A DNA stretch of 51,804 nt, from positions 1 through 51,804 of the forward strand of contig JAJPYT010000023.1 in assembly GCA_021204845.1 (NCBI GenBank), read 5' to 3'. Shown here piece by piece: positions 6,695 to 15,200 of this stretch. The notes under the pieces are model-generated. The model had not been told where the DNA came from and ran no database searches. It saw only the letters and a list, made by a program, of their open reading frames with translations. Numbering within the stretch: the first letter of the stretch is position 1; the number at the start of each line of letters is the position of its first letter. The position numbers and the translations under genes are program-made. The DNA comes from Prevotellaceae bacterium (lineage in GTDB: Bacteria; Bacteroidota; Bacteroidia; Bacteroidales; Bacteroidaceae).

Positions 6695-9651
6695 TATCGT
6701 GTATATAGAAGGTATTTTATGCTTGCTCCTATTATTGCCCTGCGTGTCTCCTGGTTGTCTATGGTCTCCAGGGGGAAGCCGAATGTGAGAGTTCGTCCGC
6801 TGCCAGTCTCGCATGCCACGCCGGCCGACTGTCTCGTCTCGGCGTAGAGCATGGTGCAGAAGCTCCCTTCCGTGGGGTTCAGCACGCTGCAGCGCCTCAC
6901 CGCATACGACTTCTCGTTCGGCTCGTGCCAGATGCCGAAGCTGGTGCCCATGCCCTCGGCTGCCACGTCGCCGCTGCCCAAGGGATATATTCCTTGTGGC
7001 GCCACGTGCAGCACCCTGTTTGCGAAACTTAGCAGCCAGCCCGTGTTCAGCTCTTCCGATATATATGCTCCGCTCATCAGCAACGCCCCGCCCTGGCCAG
7101 TGAAGTCTTCCAGCCTCTGGCAAGTGGCGGTGTCAAAGCAGGCTTTCGATGTCAGGCTGTATCCGTCGTTCCGCTGCGCGCCTAATATGTAGTCTATCAT
7201 GTCTATGCCGCCAGTGCCGGCTTGCCCCGAGGCGAGAGCCTCTGCCGAGCACGACGAGATGGAAAGGTCCGTGCGTCCCGCCAGTATGTCCTCGCTGTGC
7301 AGGGTGGGGTAATCGAAGGTGTTGCCAGCCACCAGCAATCCCTCGTATTCCTCTCCGCTCGCGCCCAGGGTGGAGCGCTTGCCCGTGTCGAAGTCCGTTT
7401 GTCTGCCGCAGTAGCAGGGGCAGTGGCGGTATACCACGCCAGGGTCTGTGTCCATGTCGAAGCCTAAGAGCGAGCCTGTGTTCACGGGCTGCGGGCCGGC
7501 CAACCTGTGGAAGCCGTTCACTATCAGCAGCCTCTTGCCTCCAGCCTGTGCCGCCCGGTAAACGCACAGCTCCTCGCTCTCCATGCTCTGCCCCCCGTCG
7601 TTTGCGGCGGTCACCCTGTAGCGTGTAAGCTCTCCCTTAGTTATCGGCAGTCTCACGCTCGTGCCGTAAATCCGTGTGCCGTTGTCGTAGCCCCGTTCTC
7701 CCCTGGCTGTGTACACCACATAATGCGTGGGCAGGGCGGTGGGCTCCTTGGGGTCGGCTACTGGCTGCCAGCTTAGCGTCACGCTGTCGCCGCTCTCGTT
7801 CAGCATGGCGCTGGTGGAGGTCACGGGCAGTGGCTGCACCACGTATCTTTCCCTTCCGTGCATGGCTGAGACGAACTTCAGCACGCCTTTGTATATCGAG
7901 CGTGAGATGAGGAATTTGAACCACGGGTCGTGCCCATATATCAGGTCGCCCCAGTTCTGGTGCGATAGCGTTTCTATTATGGCGCTTGGCACCAGTGGCT
8001 CGCGTGTCTCGCTGTAGTTCTTGTCGTGCATCTGCCTGCGGGTCCAGCTGCCGGGGAGGTCCTGCATGTCAGCCGCTATGGTGGAGATTATGCGGTCGCA
8101 AAGGTCTCTTGAGGCCATCCTGCTCAGCCCCGAGGGGAACAGCCCCTCCGCCAGCCAGCCGTCCTCATATTCGGTCGGTGTGTAGTTGCCCGTCGTGTAT
8201 ATGCCCAACGTGCCTATTCTCGAGTTGTCCATGTGATAGCCGGCGTCGCTGTGTATGGCAAGCGAAAGCTCTATGGGCACGCTGCGTCCGCTGTCGCCAG
8301 GCAGGTAGACCGAGCCTCTCGTCAGCAGGTTCGACATCAGCGAGCGCGCGTTTATGTCTTCCCCGTAGTCGTTTTCGCTCTCCTTGGTGCCGTATACGTG
8401 GTAGGGCATCCCGCCCCACTGCGCTGTGTATCGGCTGCCTTCCAGATAGCGTGGCAGCCCGCTTCTCAGCGCAGCGTGCGTCTCGTCGCCCCGTGCTATG
8501 TTGCCCATGCCTCCGCCAAAGCGCACCGCGTCTGCCGTCACCACTCCGCGGTAGTTGCTCTCGTTGGTCAGTTCCACGCGGTTTTCCTCGCTGAAGCCAG
8601 CTTTGAAGTCGTAGGTGCCAAGGTACACCCACGTGCCACCGCCCATCTGCTGGTTCACTCTCACGTGTGTCTCCACTCCCCTGTGCCTCACGGTGTACAC
8701 GGCGTCGCTCACGCTGTTAGGCTGTGTCTGGTAGCTCACGTACACGGCGTAGTCTCCATCCTCCGGGATGTTTGGCTGCCACACTATCTGGCTGGGCTGC
8801 CTCCCAGGGGGCTGCGTGTCGGCGCAGCGGCTGGTGCCAAGCTCGAAGGGGTTCTCCCGGTCGAGATAGATATTGCACTCTTTCGCGCCAAATCCGCCCT
8901 CCAGACCGCGCCAGGCGCGTGTGCCGTCAGTCTCCCTGTAGGTACCGTCCCGCTGGTCGTTGTCCACTATCACCTCGTTCCTCTGCCAGTCTCTCTCTCG
9001 CGGACTGAACACCACCGCTCCCGCGTTCTCAAGCATCGGCATCAGGAAGGGCACCACCATCGACTGGGTGAACAGGTCCTCCGTTGTGCAGAAAAGCCTC
9101 GGTCTCTGCCATTTCCACAGACCCGTGGCCAAGTCGTAGTATTTGCCGTGGCTTGCCCACAGGGTCACGTGCCTGTCTTTCAGCCCCATCTCGGTGTCGT
9201 AGGCTCGTTCCATGCGTTCCGTCCAGGCATTGCCCCTGTATTCAGTCTGCTCCCAGTGGCGGGCGGGCAAGCTGTTGTCGTTCCACTCCTGCGGCACCAG
9301 CTCCTCTATAGGCGCGCCCCCCGCGCTTACGCTTATCTGATACGTGTTGTAGGGCGAGGGCAGGAGGTCTGCTATCTCCTTGTATATCAGTTCCACAATT
9401 TCCTTGGTGAAAGGCTGCACGGCAAAGCCCTCGTTGGCGTTCACTCTGATGCTTCGCTCCTCGTCGTCTATGTCTATGGAGTTTGCCCTTATCGGGTCGT
9501 CACTTGTGAAGGTGCTCCTCCTGTAGTAAGTGAAATAAGATTCTATGCTTTTCCTCACGGCGCTTTCCTCCGCCGTAAGCGTCTGCGCCTGTACGGTCAG
9601 GCTTATGGTCAGCAGCAATGTCGTGCAGCAAGCGAGCGCCACTCTCCTCAT
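6694..9651 (-). CDS. Large exported protein with a golvesin/Xly-like carbohydrate-binding region and an Amidase_3-like (N-acetylmuramoyl-L-alanine amidase) region; relatives are often annotated as xanthan lyase
   Basis: The signal peptide is MRRVALACCTTLLLTISLTVQAQ. Other recognisable segments are GDYAVYVSYQTQPNSVSDAVYTVRHRG...QQMGGGTWVYLGTYDF and LSLAIHSDAG. The start is taken at ATG 9651, which forms an ATGA overlap with the upstream stop. Confidence 0.6.
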   Translation of the reverse strand: MRRVALACCTTLLLTISLTVQAQTLTAEESAVRKSIESYFTYYRRSTFTSDDPIRANSIDIDDEERSIRVNANEGFAVQPFTKEIVELIYKEIADLLPSPYNTYQISVSAGGAPIEELVPQEWNDNSLPARHWEQTEYRGNAWTERMERAYDTEMGLKDRHVTLWASHGKYYDLATGLWKWQRPRLFCTTEDLFTQSMVVPFLMPMLENAGAVVFSPRERDWQRNEVIVDNDQRDGTYRETDGTRAWRGLEGGFGAKECNIYLDRENPFELGTSRCADTQPPGRQPSQIVWQPNIPEDGDYAVYVSYQTQPNSVSDAVYTVRHRGVETHVRVNQQMGGGTWVYLGTYDFKAGFSEENRVELTNESNYRGVVTADAVRFGGGMGNIARGDETHAALRSGLPRYLEGSRYTAQWGGMPYHVYGTKESENDYGEDINARSLMSNLLTRGSVYLPGDSGRSVPIELSLAIHSDAGYHMDNSRIGTLGIYTTGNYTPTEYEDGWLAEGLFPSGLSRMASRDLCDRIISTIAADMQDLPGSWTRRQMHDKNYSETREPLVPSAIIETLSHQNWGDLIYGHDPWFKFLISRSIYKGVLKFVSAMHGRERYVVQPLPVTSTSAMLNESGDSVTLSWQPVADPKEPTALPTHYVVYTARGERGYDNGTRIYGTSVRLPITKGELTRYRVTAANDGGQSMESEELCVYRAAQAGGKRLLIVNGFHRLAGPQPVNTGSLLGFDMDTDPGVVYRHCPCYCGRQTDFDTGKRSTLGASGEEYEGLLVAGNTFDYPTLHSEDILAGRTDLSISSCSAEALASGQAGTGGIDMIDYILGAQRNDGYSLTSKACFDTATCQRLEDFTGQGGALLMSGAYISEELNTGWLLSFANRVLHVAPQGIYPLGSGDVAAEGMGTSFGIWHEPNEKSYAVRRCSVLNPTEGSFCTMLYAETRQSAGVACETGSGRTLTFGFPLETIDNQETRRAIIGASIKYLLYTR

Positions 9652-10196
9652 ACTCCCGTGGTGAACTGTTTCGGGTGTTTCCCCGTGAAGTCCGCGAAGT
9701 ATCGCTTTATCTCGCTTATCTCTCTCTCGGCGTCTCCGGTGGGATACACCATCTTGGTGCAGCACAGCAGTTTGCGCTTGTAGTCCAGCCCGTAGAGCAG
9801 AATGGGGATGCCAGCCTCCAAGGCTATGTAGTAGAAGCCGCTTTTCCACCGTGGTTGCAGCTTGCGCGTGCCCTCTGGCGTTATCACCAGCCGAAACTGC
9901 TTGCTCCTTCTCGCCTCGGCAGCCAGCTGGGAGGTCAGGTTGTTACGCCTGTCGCGGCGCACGGGTATGCCTCCGAGCCTGCGCATCACCCCCCCCACTG
10001 GCCAGAAGAACCACTCGCTCTTCATTATGAAGTTGCAGTGGAAGCCTGTGCTCCAGCAGAAAAGCATGCCCAGCATGAAGTCCCAGTTGCTCGTGTGGGG
10101 CGCAAGGGCAATCACGAACTTATCAGGCTGCTCCACAGTTTCCTCGGTGGAGAAACCCATCACGCTGTGTAGCAACCAAGCCCAAAACCACCTCAT
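9648..10196 (-). CDS. PlsC-family 1-acyl-sn-glycerol-3-phosphate acyltransferase-like protein
   Basis: The acyltransferase motifs are HTSNWD (HX4D) and ITPEGTR. Confidence 0.75.
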   Translation of the reverse strand: MRWFWAWLLHSVMGFSTEETVEQPDKFVIALAPHTSNWDFMLGMLFCWSTGFHCNFIMKSEWFFWPVGGVMRRLGGIPVRRDRRNNLTSQLAAEARRSKQFRLVITPEGTRKLQPRWKSGFYYIALEAGIPILLYGLDYKRKLLCCTKMVYPTGDAEREISEIKRYFADFTGKHPKQFTTGV

Positions 10197-10244
10197 CGTC
10201 CTCTCTCTCCTTGGGGATTCCCCCTTCTCTCCTTGGCTCTATGG

Positions 10245-10529
10245 TTATTCAGCCTCGCCGCCCAAGGCGTTCAGCTTGTCGAGAATACCTTGGGCGCGTT
10301 TACCAAGGTCGGTGGTCAGCGCCTTGTAGTATTCTTTCGGCTTCATTCCAGGCTCAGGGCAGCACACGCGGCTCAGCATGTCGCATTGCATGTCTAATAT
10401 TTCCACTGCCACCTCATCGAGCCGCTCACGCAATTCTTTCTTTGCGAGTAACTCTCTTGTCATACACTCCGCCAGCAACTCACCGCACAGGTAGTTGATG
10501 CTTTTCTTCAGATTCCTCTTGTTTGCCAT
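10245..10529 (-). CDS. Hypothetical protein, 94 aa
   Basis: A clean ATG ORF (MANKRNLKKSINYLCGELLAECM...) has a -7 box 27 nt upstream. No family was recognised. Confidence 0.5.
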   Translation of the reverse strand: MANKRNLKKSINYLCGELLAECMTRELLAKKELRERLDEVAVEILDMQCDMLSRVCCPEPGMKPKEYYKALTTDLGKRAQGILDKLNALGGEAE

Positions 10530-10555
10530 ATTTCCTTCAGCGTTGTAAACCTCAG

Positions 10556-10563
10556 CAAAGCTA
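10556..10563 (-). promoter_or_regulatory. -7 box TAGCTTTG for the 10529 gene/operon
   Basis: The plus strand reads caaagcta. It lies within a 14-nt block, ctcagcaaagctaa, that is repeated at 10620-10633. Confidence 0.5.
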
Positions 10564-10624
10564 ACCTTGCGATAAGCGAGAGGAGAGGGCGCCCCCGCAC
10601 TCTACCGAGCGCCAGCAAGCTCAG

Positions 10625-10632
10625 CAAAGCTA
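10625..10632 (-). promoter_or_regulatory. Second, upstream copy of the TAGCTTTG box
   Basis: An identical 14-nt block lies 69 nt upstream of the first copy. Confidence 0.35.
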
Positions 10633-10824
10633 ATGGTTTTTCTATTCACGTGTTTCCAGTCTGCAAACTTACACAAAAAATATGGAATTACCACTCCTTT
10701 GGCAGCGAAAAAGACTGCACCGCCCCCCATTTTAAGTGGAAGGGGACTTAACCGCCCGACTAAGCCACAAGCACTAATGGCTGGGAGGAAATTATCTAAA
10801 TGTCACCTTCATGGCTTAATCATA

Positions 10825-10898
10825 ACCGCACTGACTGGGGCTGGTCGCCGCACGAACGAGGGCAGGTCACCACACTGATTCACATGCGTCAGTGCGGT
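10825..10898. other. Stem-loop closed by a perfect 11-bp stem (accgcactgac / gtcagtgcggt) around 52 nt, inside a 0.5-kb non-coding spacer
   Basis: The two arms at 10825-10835 and 10888-10898 are exact reverse complements. Confidence 0.6.
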
Positions 10899-11061
10899 GA
10901 TCACGGCACGTCGATGCGGTGATTTAGGGGAGGAACAGGTAGCTTGGGCTCTTTTAGCTTCGCTGAGGGTGTGACTTCCGGGTCGCCAATCTCCCTAAAG
11001 CATTAGTTAATGCGAAGCTGTTTGTTTTGCGGCTAAAGTTGCATGGCAAAAATATTCTCAC

Positions 11062-11069
11062 TATCTTTG
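11062..11069 (+). promoter_or_regulatory. -7 box TATCTTTG
   Basis: The box lies 33 nt upstream of the ATG at 11102. Confidence 0.5.
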
Positions 11070-11101
11070 CTCTGACAAATACAGAAGAACACACACTCAT
11101 C

Positions 11102-12256
11102 ATGATGAAAAAGGCATTTACCCTGCTGGCTCTGGCGCTCACTGGCGCGGCCTGCACCCGGGGCGCTGAGGACTATAGCTTCAGCCTGAGAAACAAATTG
11201 AGTATAGCACGCGAGAACGAGACCGTGGAGGTGGGCGTGCCACGAGGCACAAGGCTGCCAGAGGTGGTTCTCACCCTTAACAGGGACGGAACGGAGATTC
11301 CCTTCGAGGCGGTGGGCGACACGGCGATACGCTTCCAAGCCAACCTGGCGCCTGGCGGCAGCGAGGGCTATACTCTGAAAAAAGGAAGCCCTACAAGCCC
11401 CGCCAAAAGAACATTCGCAGGTATAGAACAGCCCGAGACGCGCCACGACATAGCCTGGGAAAACGACCGCGCGGCATATCGCATGTACTCCTACGTGCTT
11501 AAACAACGGGAGGCGACCACGGGCAACGGAGTGGACCTCTGGCAGAAGAAGAAGCCGGAGCCTGTGGTGGAGGATATGTATAACCTGCCAGACTTCCACA
11601 CCGAGAGCGAATATGGAGTTGACGGATATAACGTGAACGGGCTGCGCCTTGGTAACGGAGGCGTGAGCCACCTCGCTGGGGAGGACGTGCCAGTCGTGCA
11701 TAAGCCCTACGACAAGTGCGAGATATTGGAGAACGGGGCGCTGAAGAGCGAGTTCGTGTTGACATATGACAACGTGGAAGTGGACGGTGAGATGTACACG
11801 AAAACGCTGCGCATAATAGCCACCGCAGGCAGTCTGCTGAACAAGGCAATAGTGCGTTACGACGGACCGGAAAAGCCCATGCGGCTGGCAGCTACCGTGT
11901 ATGAGCACACAGACATACCAGGCGTAACGCCCGATGGCGTGCCATACACAAGCACCCCTGGGCTGGCAGGCTGGGCGGAGAACCCGAGCGAGGGTAACAT
12001 AACGAGCAGCGGTGTGCGCTTCTACCAGGCAGCCTACATGCCCTCTTGCGCGAGCCAGGCGGAGGACATGGCAAGCTATCTCTGCCTAACGGTGGACTAC
12101 ACTCCCGGCACCGACCTCGTGTTCTACTTCGGCGGAGGCTGGAACATCTACCCGGAAGGCGAATACCAGCAGGACAATGACTGGTTTCTGGCACTCGACC
12201 GCTTCAAGCAAATTGTGGACAGCCCGATAGTGGTGGAGACCAGAGAGGGACGGTAA
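11102..12256 (+). CDS. DUF4861-like lipoprotein (a family found alongside unsaturated uronyl hydrolases in pectin/glycosaminoglycan loci)
   Basis: The lipobox signal is MMKKAFTLLALALTGAAC. The segment DIAWENDRAAYRMY is typical of DUF4861 as I recall it. The protein is a paralog of the N-terminus of the next gene. Confidence 0.6.
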   Translation: MMKKAFTLLALALTGAACTRGAEDYSFSLRNKLSIARENETVEVGVPRGTRLPEVVLTLNRDGTEIPFEAVGDTAIRFQANLAPGGSEGYTLKKGSPTSPAKRTFAGIEQPETRHDIAWENDRAAYRMYSYVLKQREATTGNGVDLWQKKKPEPVVEDMYNLPDFHTESEYGVDGYNVNGLRLGNGGVSHLAGEDVPVVHKPYDKCEILENGALKSEFVLTYDNVEVDGEMYTKTLRIIATAGSLLNKAIVRYDGPEKPMRLAATVYEHTDIPGVTPDGVPYTSTPGLAGWAENPSEGNITSSGVRFYQAAYMPSCASQAEDMASYLCLTVDYTPGTDLVFYFGGGWNIYPEGEYQQDNDWFLALDRFKQIVDSPIVVETREGR

Positions 12257-12277
12257 GTGAGTATTTAAGAAAATGTC

Positions 12278-15200
12278 ATGAATAGTAGAATTCTTATCCT
12301 TATTACTCTGGCGCTTGCCAGTGTCACAGCCACTGCGGAGGCTGACGACTACACATTCCGCCTGAAGAACGCCTCTGGCATAGCCCGGGAGGGGGAAACT
12401 GTGGAAATAAGCATGCCGGAGAGGACAAAGCTCTCCGCCAGCGCGCTGATGGACGAGGAGGGAGAGGCAATTCCCTTTGAGGCGGTGGGCGACACGCTGC
12501 TACGCTTCCAGGCCAGCATTCCCTACGCCAGCACCAAAGGCTACACCCTGAAAGACGGAACCCCCACAAGTCCCGCGAAACTGACCTATGCGACAATAAA
12601 GGAACCATCGTCGCGCGGCGACATCGCCTGGGAGAACGACCGCACGGCATACCGTATGTACTCCAGCGTGCTGCTGAAGAGCGAGCCCGCGACGGGCAAC
12701 GGAGTGGACCTCTGGCAGAAAAAGCAGGCAGAGCCGATAATAGACGCAATGTACAGCCTCTCCAACTACCACTCGGAGAGCCAATACGGCGTGGACGCGT
12801 TCAACGTGAACGGTCTGAGATTAGGAGACGGAGGAGTGAGCCATGTGGTAGACGGCAAACTGGTGGTGCACGACCCACACGACGAATGCACGGTGGTGGA
12901 GAACGGGGCGCTGAAGAGCGAGTTCGTGGTGACATACAACAACGTGGAAGTGGACGGAGACACATACACAAAAACCGTGAGAGTGATTGCCACTGCCGGC
13001 AGTCTGCTGAACAAGGCTATAGTGCGCTACGAGGGAACGGTGAAGCCCATGAGACTGGCTGTGGCTCTCTATCAGCACACCGACATAGACGGTCTGTCAC
13101 CAGACGGAGTGGCTTACACGAGCACTCCCGGACTGGCTGGCTGGGCGGAGAACCCGAGCGAGGGAACGGTGACGAGCAGCGGAGCCAGATTCTACCAAGG
13201 GGCTTACGTGCCCTCGTGCGCCACGGAGGCGGAAGTGATAGACGACCACCTCTGCCTGACGGTGGATTACACGCCTGGCACTGACCTCGTGTATTACTTC
13301 GGCGGAGGCTGGAACATGTTCCCGGCAGAGGAATACACGCAGGACGAGGACTGGTTCCTGGCGCTGGAGCGCTTCAAGGAAACGGTGGACAGCCCGATAG
13401 CCTTGACCACGATGGAGACCATACCGCAGAGAAACGACGTGATGGACTTGATATATAAGGTTAACAATTATTGGCAGACGCAAAACCCGACGCATGGAGA
13501 CCACTTCTGGAACCGCGCTGTTTACCACATAGGCAACATGGCGGCACATGGCGTGACGGACGACGAGGACTTCCTGGACTACAGCCTCGCATGGGCAGAG
13601 CAAAACAACTACTGCGGAGCCACGGGCACTGACAAGAGCCGATGGAAATACACTTACGGAGAAACGGCTGATTACGTGCTTTTCGGCGACAATCAGGTCT
13701 GCTTCCAGGTATACGCCGACCTGTATAACCTGCTTGGCGGAGAAGAGAAGATAGAGCGTGCCAGGGAGGTGATGGAATACGAGATGAGCACCAGCTTCAG
13801 CGGTTACCTCTGGTGGGTGGACGGGCTGTTTATGGTGATGCCGATAATGACGAAACTTTATAACATAACCGGCAACCAGCAGTATTTGGAGAAAATGCAT
13901 GAGTATTGGCGCTGGGGCACAGACCTGATGTGGGACGACGACGAGAGCCTTTACTATCGCGACTCGACTTACATATATCCGCGGCACCAGACCGACACCG
14001 GAGGCAAGGACTTCTGGGCAAGGGGAGACGGATGGATTTTCGCCGCCTTCGCCCGTGTGCTCGACGAATTGCCCGAGGACGACGCTTACCGCGACGAATA
14101 TATAAGCTATTACCTGCGTATGGCGGAGGCGCTGAGAAAATGCCAGGTGGACGACGGAGAGGGCAACGGCTACTGGTGCCGCTCGCTGTTGGAGGAGAGC
14201 TATGCGCCCGGTTACGAGACAAGCGGAACGGCACTGTTCACTTACGGCTTCCTTTGGGGCATAAACCATGGGCTGCTTGACGAGCAGACTTACGGGGAGA
14301 CGGTGCAGAAGGCTTGGAATTATCTGACTGGAGTGGCGCTGCAGAGTGACGGACTGGTAGGCTACGTTCAGCCCATTGGCAGCGACGCCGCGCCGGACAC
14401 TTACATGACCGCCACTCAGACAGCGGACTTCGGGGTGGGAGCCTATCTGCTTGCCGCCTCTGAAATGAGCCGCTACGCCGCCCCCAGCCAGGAGGAGACA
14501 CCGCTGCGGCTGACAAGCGTGACGCTGGTGGACGATGACGTGGTGAGCGTGAAATTCAAGGAACAGGTGGAGCCGGAGGCGGCAGCCGTGGCAAGCAACT
14601 ACCTGCTTGACGGAGAGCCAATAGACGGAGCGGCTGAATATGACGGAGAACGCACCGTGACGCTGGCTCTAAAGAAACCCGTGGACTTCGGGCAGCATAG
14701 TGTAACCGTGACCGGGCAGCGGAGCCTGGGCGGAAGCGTGCTTACCGACAGCGTGAGAACCATTTTGCGCACTGTTCCTCTTTACGACAACGTGACCATT
14801 GCGGCGGTCACCGCCATAGGGGCACAGAGCGGCAACCCCGCCACAAGCACCATAGACAACAATCTGGACACGCGCTGGAGCCAGGAGGGAACGGGGCAGT
14901 GGCTGCAACTGGACTTAGGCAGCAGCCAGACGGTTTATGCCCTTGACATTGCCTTCTACCTTGGCGACACGAGGGTAAACTACTTCGACGTGAGCACAAG
15001 CGACGACGCACAGGAGTGGACCCGGCGACTGAGCGACCAGCAGAGCAGCGGCATGAGCGCCGAACTGGAGCGCTACTATCTGCCCGAAGAGGCGGCAGCC
15101 CGCTACGTGCGCATATATTGCAACCAGGCAAGCACCACGACGTGGAACAGCATAACGGAGGCAAGAGTGTGTGTGGTGGAGAATTCATTCGACGAGCTGC

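Noticed and set aside
6695-7123. Upstream extension of the 6368..7123 ORF (251 aa)
   Set aside because: The extension overlaps the 3' end of the 985-aa gene and is Arg/Gly-rich. The ATG at 6694 abuts the upstream stop and gives a plausible 108-aa product.
8233-9783. 516-aa ORF on the plus strand
   Set aside because: It lies entirely antisense to the well-supported 985-aa exported protein gene. The translation is Arg/Ala/Pro/His-rich and low in complexity, with no motifs. This is the typical shadow ORF of a GC-rich coding region.
10633-10878. 81-aa ORF in the long spacer upstream of the DUF4861 gene
   Set aside because: It has no promoter box and no family resemblance. The sequence is low-complexity and basic, and it overlaps the predicted stem-loops.
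11033-11908. 291-aa ORF on the minus strand
   Set aside because: It is antisense to the DUF4861-like gene. The sequence is His/Arg/Val-rich with no recognisable features.
13097-14269. 390-aa ORF on the minus strand
   Set aside because: It is antisense to the GH105-like part of the 1310-aa gene. The composition is biased (V/H/R/A), and there is no signal peptide, no motif, and no promoter box.
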